DNA of 63,693 bases, filler included, from an uncultured Methanosarcinales archaeon (lineage in GTDB: Archaea; Nanobdellota; Nanobdellia; Woesearchaeales; CAZXZL01), in the NCBI GenBank assembly GCA_964645415.1. It is 6 parts of 6 records of this genome, joined end to end, with 100 filler letters (N's around TTAATTAATTAA, not from the genome) between each part and the next. Parts side by side here need not be neighbours in the genome. Positions count along the whole stretch, not along the records: positions 24,932 to 36,639 come from CAZXZL010000032.1; positions 36,740 to 48,402 come from CAZXZL010000033.1; 4 more parts are not named here. One strand, 5' to 3'. Below the pieces are notes generated by a model that saw nothing but the letters and a program-made list of their open reading frames with translations, had not been told where the DNA came from and did not search any database. Below are positions 30,334 through 40,497 of the stretch, piece after piece (position 1 is the stretch's first letter; each line of letters starts with the position of its first letter). Made by a program: the position numbers and the translations under genes.

Positions 30334-31876
30334 AAAAGATTTTAATCAGTTCATAGAAAACATTAGTATTGCATTCAAAGAAGTTAGCTTTGGAGTTTTC
30401 CTACTTAGAGATAGGAATGAATTAAATGTTAAATGGGTAAATGATACTGCAAAAAAATATTTTGGTGAAAATATTCTTGAAAAAAGTCTTGTTGAAGAAG
30501 GAATAATAGATTTAAACGAGATTTATGGAAAATCTCTTAATAGTATACAGAAGAAAAGTGATAAAAAATCAGTAAAATACATAATTGAAGGAGAAGAAAA
30601 TAATTATGTCGCAAATGTGATTAGATTAACAAAAGAATTCGATGAAGAGACGTATTTAGTTTTTATTGACTTTGAAAAAGAAGATAGCTTATCTATGATT
30701 GATAGAGAGACTTATGGAGAAATATTTGAAGCAAATTGGAAGATAATAAATAATGCAAAAAATCCATTTATTATAATAAGTGAAGAAAACGAAATACTAT
30801 ATTCTAATGAAAAAGCTAAAGGATTAGGATTAAATGTAGGTTTTGGAACAGAAACTAATTACTTTCAAGATAAAATTAATGGTAATCCTAAATCTTCTAA
30901 AGATATCAATCTTAAAAGAGTTGCATTAAAAAAACATAATAATCTTGAAGTTAAAATAAAAGATAATTATTTTACATTAAAAGCTTCAACGGTTAAAATA
31001 AATTCCAAAGAAAACTATTATATTGTAATACTTAATGACATAACAAAAAGAAAAAAACTTGAAAATAAACTAAAAGAATTAAATGTTGAATTAGAAAAAG
31101 AAGCTAAAGTTAAAACAAAAAAATTAAGAAAAGCTTATGATGATCTTAAAAGGCTTGATTCATTAAGAAGTGATTTTGTAAATATTGCAGGACACGAATT
31201 AAGAACACCATTAACTTCAATAATGGGGTATTCAGAATTATTACTTAATGAAAAAGAAGAATTCTCTGAAAAACAACAAGAGTTTCTAAAAATTATATTT
31301 GATGAATGTCGACATATTAATAATATCTTAAAAGATATGCTTGATATTAATAAAATACAAAGTGGTAAATACGATATGGACTTTGCAGATCACAAACTAA
31401 AAGAAATGATTGATGAAGTAGAAAATGTTTTTAAAATTGACTTTAAAAATTCAAAAATTGATTTTATTAAGATATTAAAATTTGATGAAGATACAAAAAT
31501 AAGATGTGATAGAAGTAAAGTTCTTCAAGTATTAAAAAATTTGATTTCAAATGCTATTAAGTTTACTGACGAAGGTGGACAAGTAACATTAAATGTAATT
31601 GAAGATGATAATGAATTTGTCTTTTCTGTAAAAGATACTGGTATTGGTATATCAAAAGAGGAACAAGATAGAATATTTGAAAAGTTTTATCAAGTCGGAA
31701 CACACATGAGAAGAAACAAAAGTGGAAGTGGTCTTGGTTTATCAATAGCAAGAGAAATTATATCAAGACATTCTGGTCAAATAAAAGTTTTTTCTGAAAA
31801 AGGTTATGGTAGTGAGTTTATATTTAACATACCTAAAGAAATAGAAAGAAAGAAAAAAGAAAAAATATATTATTAA
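30311..31876 (+). CDS. Soluble PAS-domain sensor histidine kinase
   Basis: HELRTPLT, NLISNAIKFT, DTGIGI, FEKFYQ and GSGLGL; two PAS-like N-terminal regions; no TM. Confidence 0.93.
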   Translation: MEMKKRSKKDFNQFIENISIAFKEVSFGVFLLRDRNELNVKWVNDTAKKYFGENILEKSLVEEGIIDLNEIYGKSLNSIQKKSDKKSVKYIIEGEENNYVANVIRLTKEFDEETYLVFIDFEKEDSLSMIDRETYGEIFEANWKIINNAKNPFIIISEENEILYSNEKAKGLGLNVGFGTETNYFQDKINGNPKSSKDINLKRVALKKHNNLEVKIKDNYFTLKASTVKINSKENYYIVILNDITKRKKLENKLKELNVELEKEAKVKTKKLRKAYDDLKRLDSLRSDFVNIAGHELRTPLTSIMGYSELLLNEKEEFSEKQQEFLKIIFDECRHINNILKDMLDINKIQSGKYDMDFADHKLKEMIDEVENVFKIDFKNSKIDFIKILKFDEDTKIRCDRSKVLQVLKNLISNAIKFTDEGGQVTLNVIEDDNEFVFSVKDTGIGISKEEQDRIFEKFYQVGTHMRRNKSGSGLGLSIAREIISRHSGQIKVFSEKGYGSEFIFNIPKEIERKKKEKIYY

Positions 31877-31878
31877 AT

Positions 31879-32508
31879 TTATTCTTCATCATCGAGGATT
31901 TTCAGATCGTCTTCTAGAACATCTTCATAAGACATTCCAATTTCACCATCTGTTTGAACAATTCCTCTTTTTAAAGCAACTTCTCTTGCAAGAAGATATA
32001 ATACAAAATTCAAACTTTTTCTTCCCTTATTATTTGTAGGAACAACTAAGTCTAAATTGTTAAAAGTATTATTTGTATCTACAAAACCAATAATAGGAAT
32101 TCCAATTTTTCTTGCATCATGAACAGCATTTTTATCTGTAAAAGGATCAAGAACAATAATTAATTCAGCTTCTTGAAAATTTCCTAAAGCTGCATTTGTT
32201 AAAACACCAGGAGGATATCTTCCAGGAAAATATTTAACTCCAGTAATTTTTGAAAATAATTTAATTGCATCCCAACCATTCTCTCTTTGAGAAACAATAA
32301 TAACATTTTTTGGATCGTAATCAGAAATCATATTAGCTGCAGCTCTAATTCTTTTATCCATTTTAGGGATATTCATTAAAGATAAGCCATCATTTCTTGT
32401 CTTATAAATAAAATCTTTCATATAACCTGTCTTAAACTTTGTTCCAATGTGAGCACCTGCTTTCAGATACACATCAGGATTTACTAATAATTCTTGATCA
32501 TCTGCCAT
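31879..32508 (-). CDS. rps2: 30S ribosomal protein S2
   Basis: YLKAGAHIG, GRYPPGVLTN, DTNN and PTNNKGRKS motifs. Confidence 0.95.
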   Translation of the reverse strand: MADDQELLVNPDVYLKAGAHIGTKFKTGYMKDFIYKTRNDGLSLMNIPKMDKRIRAAANMISDYDPKNVIIVSQRENGWDAIKLFSKITGVKYFPGRYPPGVLTNAALGNFQEAELIIVLDPFTDKNAVHDARKIGIPIIGFVDTNNTFNNLDLVVPTNNKGRKSLNFVLYLLAREVALKRGIVQTDGEIGMSYEDVLEDDLKILDDEE

Positions 32509-32677
32509 TTTAAATTCACCATAATATTATAAAAATAGATTAAACAAAATCAATCATTGATGAAAAAGATTAATAGTTTTTAAATGTTACCCTCAATCAA
32601 AATTAAATTCAATATTTTCTGTTTTATTTTTATCAGTTCTTATTGTGATTTTCAATTTGAACTATTTTAAAGTTTTA

Positions 32678-32760
32678 TCATCTTCGATGAATATAGAGTA
32701 AAGTGCTAAAGTATTTTAGTGTTATGTATTAAAGTAGGGCAAAATCATCTAAAGAAAAAT
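32678..32760. repeat. Partial copy (R3) of the dispersed repeat family
   Basis: GTAGGGCAAAATCATCTAA at 32734 (reverse complement of 48607-48625) and hairpin TCATC-TTC-GATGA at 32678-32690. Confidence 0.75.
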
Positions 32761-32865
32761 ATAGAAGATTACAAAGATAAATTAAGATAAAACAAAAAGA
32801 GATAAAATTTGAAAAGAAAATAAGATAACATAAAATAAGAATAAAAAAATATTAAAACAAAAAAA

Positions 32866-34326
32866 TTATAATTTCTTAGCATAACTTCCATCATCTGAGT
32901 CTATTACTTTATAACCTTTTTCTTTAATTTTATCACGAATCTCATCTGCTTTTTCCCAATCTTTATTCATTCTATGTTTTTCTCTAATCTCTAATAAGTT
33001 TTTAATTTCAGATGGGATAGAATCACTTTCAAATATCTTAATACCTAAAACTTTATCAAACTCATATAATAAAGCAACTTTAGTTAATGTATCAATATTA
33101 GAGCGTAAGACATTCCACAACACACCTAAAGCTTTTGGTGTATTCAAATCATCATTTATTGCTAAGATGAACTTTTTTAACATTTTTTTAAATTCAGATA
33201 CATTAATTTTGTTAAAGTTATCATCTATTAACAATTCAATATCTTTAGATTCAATCTTTCTCTTTAAATTTTCAATGTTATCTTTAAGTTTAGAGTAAGT
33301 ATTTTTAGCAGAATCTAAAGCATCATAAGTAAATGTTAATTGCTTTCTATAATGAGAATTAAGACAGAAATATCTATAATGAATTGGATCATATCCTTTA
33401 TCAATTAATAATTGGAGTGTTAAAAATTCTCCTTTTGATTTTGACATCTTACCTGTCTCATCTACTAAAAATTCACTATGTAACCAATATTTAACCCAAG
33501 GTTTTTTTCCATAAGCACACTCTGATTGAGCAATTTCATTAGTATGATGAACTGGAATATGATCAACACCTCCACAATGAATATCAAATTGTTCTCCTAA
33601 ATATTTTGAACTCATCGCAGAACATTCAATATGCCATCCAGGAAAACCAACACCCCACGGAGAATCCCATTCCATTTGTCTATTTTTATCATCAGGTGAA
33701 AATTTCCATAATGCAAAATCAGTCTTATTTTTTTTGTTTTTATTTTCTACTCTTACACCATCTTTCAAACCTTCTAAATCAAGATTAGCTAACTTACCAT
33801 AATCCTCAACTAAAGAGGTATCCATATAAATACCATCACCAGGGATTTCATAAGTGTAACCTTCTTTTTCTAATTTTTTTACTAAGTTAATCATCTCTTG
33901 AATGTGGTCAGTTGCTTTTGGAATAATATCTGCTTTTTTTATATTTAATTTAGATAAATCTTGAAAAAAGGCATCAGAATAAAATTGAGCAAGTTTCCAA
34001 GCATCCATATCTTTCTTCTTTGCTTCTTTTTCAACTTTATCTTCACCATCATCAGCATCATCTGTTAAATGACCAACATCAGTAATATTCATCACTTGTT
34101 TCAAATCATAATTATTATATTCTAAAACTCTACGTAATACATCTTCAAACACATATGTTCTAAGATTTCCAATATGTGCATAATTATAAACAGTAGGTCC
34201 ACAAGTATAAAATTTAACAACTTCATTTTCAACATCAAATTCTTCTTTTTCATTACTCATAGTATTTTTCAAAAAAAGAGAATTTTTTTCAATCAACTTT
34301 TTCCTAATTTCAGTTATATTTGACAT
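32866..34326 (-). CDS. cysS: Cysteine--tRNA ligase
   Basis: [33 protein letters not shown] and KMSKS motifs. Confidence 0.97.
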   Translation of the reverse strand: MSNITEIRKKLIEKNSLFLKNTMSNEKEEFDVENEVVKFYTCGPTVYNYAHIGNLRTYVFEDVLRRVLEYNNYDLKQVMNITDVGHLTDDADDGEDKVEKEAKKKDMDAWKLAQFYSDAFFQDLSKLNIKKADIIPKATDHIQEMINLVKKLEKEGYTYEIPGDGIYMDTSLVEDYGKLANLDLEGLKDGVRVENKNKKNKTDFALWKFSPDDKNRQMEWDSPWGVGFPGWHIECSAMSSKYLGEQFDIHCGGVDHIPVHHTNEIAQSECAYGKKPWVKYWLHSEFLVDETGKMSKSKGEFLTLQLLIDKGYDPIHYRYFCLNSHYRKQLTFTYDALDSAKNTYSKLKDNIENLKRKIESKDIELLIDDNFNKINVSEFKKMLKKFILAINDDLNTPKALGVLWNVLRSNIDTLTKVALLYEFDKVLGIKIFESDSIPSEIKNLLEIREKHRMNKDWEKADEIRDKIKEKGYKVIDSDDGSYAKKL

Positions 34327-34331
34327 AATAA

Positions 34332-36473
34332 TCACCTGATAACAGCATTATCTTCATTTTTAACATTCACTTTTATTTTTTCAGATTTTGTTTTAAGTGT
34401 TTTTCCTTCATAATTAACTTTTCCATTTTTAACACATAACTTTATCTTTTGAAATTCTTTAAAAGATATTTTATCATTATCTGATTCAACACCATCAATA
34501 TAAACATTCATTCCAACATCTGATTTTGGAGCTTCAATTAATTTTATTTCATCATCACTTTCACAAGCTAATAACATTCCCTCTGATTTCACTCCCGCTA
34601 ATTTAGCAGATTCTAAGTTAGTCAGGACAATAATCTTTTTTCCATCTAAGTCTTTTATACTCATATGCTTTTTTAATCCTGCAACAATTTGCCTCTCTTC
34701 ATCTCCTAATTCAACAATTAGCTTATATAATTTATCAGTATGTTCAATATCACTAACTTCTTTTACAAATCCAACTTTTAAATTTAATTTAGAAAATTTA
34801 CTTGATGAATATTTATCCTTTAACATTTCAATTTTTTCAGGATCTATTTTTTTAGCAATTTTTGTTGAATTAATCTCACCAGTTATTTTTTTCTCTAAAT
34901 CTGACCAAACAAAACTATCAAATTTCTCATCAATTTTTAAAGAGTCCTGTAATTTTTTAGAAATATTTGGAACAATTGGATAAAGTAGTAATGAAAGTAT
35001 TTTCACTATTTCAATCGAATTTCCTAGAGTATGTTTAACAGATTCTTTATCAGTCTTTATTTTTTTCCAGGGTTTTTCAGTTTGTAAATATTTATTTCCA
35101 ATACTAGATAATTCAAGTAATTTTTTAATATATTGTCTAATTTTAACCTCATCAAGTAATTTATCGATTTCATTAACTTTATCAAAAACATCACTCATTA
35201 AATCTTTATCAAATTCATGTTCAGGTATTTCTGAATCAAAATATTTTGATGTCAAACTTAAAACTCTATAACAAAAATTAACTAAATTAGAAATTAAACC
35301 ACTATTTATTCTATCTCTAAACTCATTTAGGTTAAAGTTAGTATCAGATTTTTCCGGTCTAACACTCATAATATAATATCTCCAAAAATCAGAAGGGATA
35401 TTAGTATTTAATGCATCTTTTCCAAAAATTCCAATCCTTTTTGATTTTGAAAATTTCTTTCCTTCAAAATTCAAATATTCAGTACTTGACAAAGTATCAA
35501 CTAAAGTCCAGTCTTCATTAGTCGCCATTAATTCTGCAGGAAAAACAATAGTATGGAAAGGAATATTATCTTTACCCATAAATTGAACTAATCTTGTATT
35601 ATTTGGATCCTTCCACCATTTTTTAAACTCATCCTCATCATCCATAGCTTCTTTAGTCATAGAAATATAACCTATTGGTGCATCAAACCAAACATAAAAA
35701 ACTAAATCATCATAACCAGGAATTTCAATTCCCCAATTAATTTTTCTTGAAATTGCTCTTAATTTAATATCATCAATCATATTTAAAGAGAATTTAACAG
35801 CATTTTCTGCCCATCTTTTTCTAGAATTAACAAATTCTTCAAGATCATCTTTTAAAGCAGGTAAATCTAAATATAAATGTTTAGACTGATTAAACTTAGG
35901 TTTTGATCCACAAACAGAACATTTAGGACTTTCTAATTCATTTGGCTCAAGTAACTTACCACAACTTTCACATTGACCACCAGTAGCCTCCTCATATTCA
36001 CAATGAGGACATTCTCCTTCAACATATCTATCTGCTAATTCAATCTCACATTTTTCACAATAAGCTTGTTCAGTTTCTTTTTCAACAATAAAACCATTAT
36101 CCTTTGCTTTTTTGAAAATCTCTTGAGTAACATTTTTTTGAGTTTCACTAGTTGTTCTACCAAAATAAGTGAAATCAATATCAAAGCCATCATAAATATC
36201 TTTATGTACATTATGATATTTATCACATAATTTAATTGGATCTATTCCTTCCTTTTTAGCAGTAACCTCAGTAGTTGTTCCATTTTCATCAGTACCACAA
36301 ATATAAATTGAATCAACATCTTTTATTTTAAGATATTTTGAAAAAACATCTGCACTTAAAACAGCTCCTGCTAAATGACCTAAGTGTGGTTCATAATTAA
36401 CATAAGGGAGTGCTGAAGTTATCATAACTCTTTCAAATCCTTTTAAATTATCGATAATATTTAGATATTTCAT
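34332..36473 (-). CDS. metG: Methionine--tRNA ligase with C-terminal tRNA-binding (Trbp111-like) domain
   Basis: [13 protein letters not shown], Zn knuckles, [23 protein letters not shown] and SEGMLL motifs. Confidence 0.97.
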   Translation of the reverse strand: MKYLNIIDNLKGFERVMITSALPYVNYEPHLGHLAGAVLSADVFSKYLKIKDVDSIYICGTDENGTTTEVTAKKEGIDPIKLCDKYHNVHKDIYDGFDIDFTYFGRTTSETQKNVTQEIFKKAKDNGFIVEKETEQAYCEKCEIELADRYVEGECPHCEYEEATGGQCESCGKLLEPNELESPKCSVCGSKPKFNQSKHLYLDLPALKDDLEEFVNSRKRWAENAVKFSLNMIDDIKLRAISRKINWGIEIPGYDDLVFYVWFDAPIGYISMTKEAMDDEDEFKKWWKDPNNTRLVQFMGKDNIPFHTIVFPAELMATNEDWTLVDTLSSTEYLNFEGKKFSKSKRIGIFGKDALNTNIPSDFWRYYIMSVRPEKSDTNFNLNEFRDRINSGLISNLVNFCYRVLSLTSKYFDSEIPEHEFDKDLMSDVFDKVNEIDKLLDEVKIRQYIKKLLELSSIGNKYLQTEKPWKKIKTDKESVKHTLGNSIEIVKILSLLLYPIVPNISKKLQDSLKIDEKFDSFVWSDLEKKITGEINSTKIAKKIDPEKIEMLKDKYSSSKFSKLNLKVGFVKEVSDIEHTDKLYKLIVELGDEERQIVAGLKKHMSIKDLDGKKIIVLTNLESAKLAGVKSEGMLLACESDDEIKLIEAPKSDVGMNVYIDGVESDNDKISFKEFQKIKLCVKNGKVNYEGKTLKTKSEKIKVNVKNEDNAVIR

Positions 36474-36569
36474 GAAAAGAACACCTTATGAACTAAAAAA
36501 AACATAAAATATTATAAAAAAGTTATTAAAAGCCAGTAGAATAATTATAAAAAAATAGTGAAATTAAAG

Positions 36570-36639
36570 ATTACTAAACAAAAGTTTAGAAGTGTGTAAT
36601 ATAAAATTAAAAATTTAAAAGTGAATAAAATCAGAGATT
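36570..36639. repeat. Partial repeat-family copy at a contig end
   Basis: ttactaaac.aaagttta...aaatttaaaagtg matches 12266-12312 and 58504-58554. Confidence 0.6.
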
Positions 36640-36739
36640 NNNNNNNNNNNNNNNNNNNNNNNNNNNNNNNNNNNNNNNNNNNNTTAATTAATTAANNNNN
36701 NNNNNNNNNNNNNNNNNNNNNNNNNNNNNNNNNNNNNNN

Positions 36740-37060
36740 TTCATTCAGATAATTACTTTTTTATTTAGATGATTTGATCTCAATTTTTATCAAAGTTTTT
36801 AATCTCTGATTAAATAACCCTTAAAATCTATGATTTTATATGATTGACTAGGATTGTACCATACTTCGTATGGCACGGTAATTTCTATAAATTTCTATTT
36901 CTTTTTATTTCATTCAGATAATTACTTTTTTATTTAGATGATTTTGACCTCTACATCATCGAAGATAAAAAGAGATTTCTACTCCCTTTAGCTAAACACA
37001 GATATTATTTTTCGAAGAAGATTTTACCTTACTATCTATTATAGGCAAATACGAATACAA
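36740..37060 (-). repeat. Mosaic repeat cluster (copy R4) with internal 169-bp tandem period
   Basis: 36-bp block identical at 36740 and 36909; hairpin GTACCATAC-TTC-GTATGGCAC at 36856-36876; reverse complement aligns to 48247-48340. Confidence 0.85.
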
Positions 37061-37112
37061 CCATAACAAAGATTTAAGCTTTTTATCATATGAAGAAAAA
37101 TAAATGTATAGA

Positions 37113-37184
37113 AGCCTCTACCGGGAATTGAACCCGGGACCTTTTCCTTACCAAGGAAACGCTCTACCACTGAGCCATAGAGGC
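37113..37184 (-). tRNA. tRNA-Thr(GGT)
   Basis: GCCTCTA/TAGAGGC acceptor; TTTCC-TT-GGT-AA-GGAAA anticodon arm; CCGGG-TTCAATT-CCCGG T arm. Confidence 0.96.
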
Positions 37185-37209
37185 AAAAGAAAAAAGAAAA
37201 ATACTAGAA

Positions 37210-37596
37210 TTAATCATTAATTAAAACTCCATTTACAACACCTGATTGACCAGGTCTTGATGTAACTTTAACTTTTCCTAATTCTGTTTCAACGATAGCT
37301 CCTTTATTCAAAACATTCATTCGAACATACTGAGGATTTGTTTCATTTTTAATAACGTCTTTAATTTCTACTTTTTTTACTTCCCCTTTTTCTTTATCAG
37401 CAACAGAGATATGATTAGCAGTTAAAATTGCTCTTTTTTCATTTCCTCCTCTGGTTCGAATCCTTTTAGACTTAAACTTTTTACTTAACCTTGTTCTAAT
37501 CGGTTGTCTACCTAAAGAATGTAATTTTTTCTTACGGAACTTTTTATACTTTCCACCTGTTTTTCTTCTCCTACTTCGATCATTTGAAATAACCAT
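37210..37596 (-). CDS. rps8e: 30S ribosomal protein S8e
   Basis: SRRRKTGG, RTRGGNEK, KGAIVET and VTSRPGQSGVVNG motifs. Confidence 0.96.
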   Translation of the reverse strand: MVISNDRSRRRKTGGKYKKFRKKKLHSLGRQPIRTRLSKKFKSKRIRTRGGNEKRAILTANHISVADKEKGEVKKVEIKDVIKNETNPQYVRMNVLNKGAIVETELGKVKVTSRPGQSGVVNGVLIND

Positions 37597-37691
37597 AATT
37601 ATCACCTATATAATCACAAACAAAAAAACAACCTCTTTTATATATTTTTTTATGAAAATTTCATAAAATTAAGAAAAATAAACTATTTTAA

Positions 37692-37765
37692 TGCAATAGT
37701 CGGGATTTGAACCCGAGTCACAAGCTTGGGAAGCTCGTATCTTAACCAAGCTAGACCAATAACGC
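37692..37765 (-). tRNA. tRNA-Gly(CCC) with mismatched acceptor stem
   Basis: CGAGC-TT-CCC-AA-GCTTG anticodon arm and TCGGG-TTCAAAT-CCCGA T arm; acceptor GCGTTAT/CTATTGC has T4:T69 and T7:C66 mismatches. Confidence 0.8.
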
Positions 37766-37768
37766 AAG

Positions 37769-37999
37769 TTAATAAGGCATTACTTTATCTAAACCAACAT
37801 CATCAGATTCATCATTTTCAGTTTCTAAATCATCCTTATCGTTCACAGTCATATTAGATTTAAAAAAATCATTCATTTGTGGTTCAACATCATCTTCTTT
37901 AATATCCTCTTCTTTATCAGAAATGAATTTTTTTAAGAGTTTTATTACTTCTATTATTTCTGATTTTGAATCTTGATTAGTATCAATTGTTATTTTCAT
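37769..37999 (-). CDS. Small acidic hypothetical protein
   Basis: ORF MKITIDT... ends 3 nt upstream of tRNA-Gly on the same strand. Confidence 0.65.
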   Translation of the reverse strand: MKITIDTNQDSKSEIIEVIKLLKKFISDKEEDIKEDDVEPQMNDFFKSNMTVNDKDDLETENDESDDVGLDKVMPY

Positions 38000-38115
38000 C
38001 TTAATATATATTTAAATTAATATAATATATATTTTAGGATTTTTAGAATACTATAAAATAAATTCAAAAAAAGAGAAGAAAAAAATATAAATGATTTATA
38101 ACTTCAAAGTCATAA

Positions 38116-38502
38116 ATGGTAGCTACAAAATATAATCTAGATTTAAATAAAGTTTATGAAACTGATTTTCAAGTTCTTTACTATATTGGAAAAGGGTTAT
38201 ATGGAGAAAAACATTTCTTATATGGAATTAGAGAAGAAAAACCTCCTTTTATTTATGTTGAAGATAATGGTGAAAAAGAAGGTGGTCTTGAAAAAGAGAT
38301 TAGAAAAATCTTACCTGATGAAGTTGATGAATTTATAGAAGCAATTATTTTAGATAAAGAAGGAACTTTAAAAGAAAGAATGAATAAATATCTAAATGAA
38401 TCAACAATTTATGATGAATATGAAGGTATAAAAGATATCATAGAAAAGAAAGAATTATTTAAAGAATATATGATTAACAGAGCTAAAGAAGAAGAAATTT
38501 AA
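38116..38502 (+). CDS. Hypothetical protein
   Basis: 128-aa ORF with typical composition and an upstream TATA-like box. Confidence 0.6.
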   Translation: MVATKYNLDLNKVYETDFQVLYYIGKGLYGEKHFLYGIREEKPPFIYVEDNGEKEGGLEKEIRKILPDEVDEFIEAIILDKEGTLKERMNKYLNESTIYDEYEGIKDIIEKKELFKEYMINRAKEEEI

Positions 38503-38504
38503 AT

Positions 38505-39140
38505 TTATAAGTTACTTTTTAAATTTTTAATAGAACGATTAATGTGATTTTCTAATTTAAAAACATCTCCATGACCAGGTAAAACTAATAGATCTTTTTT
38601 ATCTCCAATTTTTTTCTTGATTTTCTTAAAAGAATTTAATAAATGTTTTTTAGAAGAATTTGGAAAATCTGTTCTTGCAATACCTTCTTCAAATAATGTA
38701 TCTCCAACAATTAAATAATTATCATAATTTAAACAAATACCTGAAGAAGTATGACCTGGAGTAAAAATAAGATTAAAACCATAATATGTTCCTTCAGTAA
38801 CTCTTTTTATTTCAAAAGGATTTCTTTCATAATTATAACCTAAAGAATACTTTGATATGTTAGAAGGAGTTTTTTTAGACATTATTTTTGGAGCCTCAAA
38901 TAAAGTAGAGTTACCTATATGGTCATAATGTTCATGAGTATTAAAAACAGCTTTTACTGAAGATAAAGAAATATTCAATTCAGAAAAAATTCTTTTTAAA
39001 GAAGTTTTAAAACGACTTAAAGAAGAATCTATAACAAAGATACCATCTTCCTTATTAATAATATAAACATTACTACCAAATCTATTACACTTCAAAAAAA
39101 TAATATCTTCAGAAATCCTCTTTATAGAAAAAGTTTCCAT
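38505..39140 (-). CDS. Metallo-beta-lactamase fold hydrolase (glyoxalase II-like)
   Basis: THEHYDH, TPGHT, GDTLF and PGHG motifs. Confidence 0.9.
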   Translation of the reverse strand: METFSIKRISEDIIFLKCNRFGSNVYIINKEDGIFVIDSSLSRFKTSLKRIFSELNISLSSVKAVFNTHEHYDHIGNSTLFEAPKIMSKKTPSNISKYSLGYNYERNPFEIKRVTEGTYYGFNLIFTPGHTSSGICLNYDNYLIVGDTLFEEGIARTDFPNSSKKHLLNSFKKIKKKIGDKKDLLVLPGHGDVFKLENHINRSIKNLKSNL

Positions 39141-39147
39141 AATAAAA

Positions 39148-40371
39148 TCATACTAATTCAGGCAAATCATAAACCATTGATGGTTTATTTTTGACTTTAT
39201 GATGATTATAGCATCTTGGTATGTATAAATCCTTTTCACCTACTAGAACAATTGGATCATTATATGATGCTGGAATAAAACCATCATCTTTTTTAATAAT
39301 TCTCTGTGTTTCAGTAGAAGGAGTTGTACATCTATTATTATTTTCTTCATAATCACAATAAGCAACTCTTAAATCAATTTCATCAGCAAGAGGAATTAAG
39401 TTTGGAATACTCTCTCTAAATGGCTCCCCTCTAAAATCTCTTGGTAAAGCAGAGATATAAATAGAATGTCCTCTATCATATAAGTTTTTAACAACAGGTT
39501 CTAAATTCTGAATAAATTGACCTTCATCTATTAGAATATGTTTGTTGTCTTTATTATTGTTTATATAATCTAAAATCTCATAAGCATCATTAATTTCATA
39601 AGCATTACATTCATTTTTATTGTGACTAACCACAGTTGATTTTTCAGAATAACGCTTATCTTTAGACCATTTAAACATAGAATAACTTTCTTTATTATAT
39701 TTACCTCTAAATTTATTAACTTCGTTTAGTTGAGCAACAATTTCAAGTAGTGATTCTGTTTTTGAGCTAAACATCGGTCCTAAAAACAATTTTAAAGAAG
39801 AATTAGATGCATTAATATGATCAACTTTTCCTGAATAATTATAGTCATGATGTTTAAAACAACTTGGTTCAAAGTTACCATTAACTTTAAGACTTCTATT
39901 GGATTTTTTATCTGAACACTTATAACAAACGCCATATTTTTGAACTAATGATCTAGAAATGGACATTAATTCAGGCATTTTATTATAAGGATTAAGTTCA
40001 TAATCTTGATTTAATCCAGACATGATTACTTTTCTATTAGTCCTCAATAAATCTTTTACTAAATCATCAATTGAATCTTCAAAAAAATTAACTCCACTAA
40101 TAAAAACATATTTTGTATTCTCATCAATTTCTTTTGCGATTTCAGAGGATTCAGAAACAACAATACTCTCTAAATTGTTCTTTCCATTGGATATAAAATT
40201 ACCACTTTCAATATCATCTTTTTCATTTTTGAAAACTTTTACAGAATTTTTACCAATACCTGAGTTAACTAAAGAGTAATATGTATTAATCAGTTCTGAA
40301 CTTTTTCCGGATTTTACAGGACCATATATCATAACAGAAGGAATATATGGTGAAATTATTGTACTTGCCAT
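39148..40371 (-). CDS. tdk: Thymidine kinase with two tandem TK domains
   Basis: Domain 1: GPVKSGKS, SGVNFF, SGLNQDY, CYKC...CFKH. Domain 2: GPMFSSKT, IDEGQF, DFRGEPF, YIPRCYNH. Confidence 0.85.
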   Translation of the reverse strand: MASTIISPYIPSVMIYGPVKSGKSSELINTYYSLVNSGIGKNSVKVFKNEKDDIESGNFISNGKNNLESIVVSESSEIAKEIDENTKYVFISGVNFFEDSIDDLVKDLLRTNRKVIMSGLNQDYELNPYNKMPELMSISRSLVQKYGVCYKCSDKKSNRSLKVNGNFEPSCFKHHDYNYSGKVDHINASNSSLKLFLGPMFSSKTESLLEIVAQLNEVNKFRGKYNKESYSMFKWSKDKRYSEKSTVVSHNKNECNAYEINDAYEILDYINNNKDNKHILIDEGQFIQNLEPVVKNLYDRGHSIYISALPRDFRGEPFRESIPNLIPLADEIDLRVAYCDYEENNNRCTTPSTETQRIIKKDDGFIPASYNDPIVLVGEKDLYIPRCYNHHKVKNKPSMVYDLPELV

Positions 40372-40497
40372 ACAATACTAACTTGATTTTAATATTAATA
40401 ATCTTTGCTATTAAAGACTATATTATAAAATATAAGTTTTTAGAAATATAAGATTAATAAATATAATAAAAAAGAAAAAAAGAAAAAAATCCCAAAA

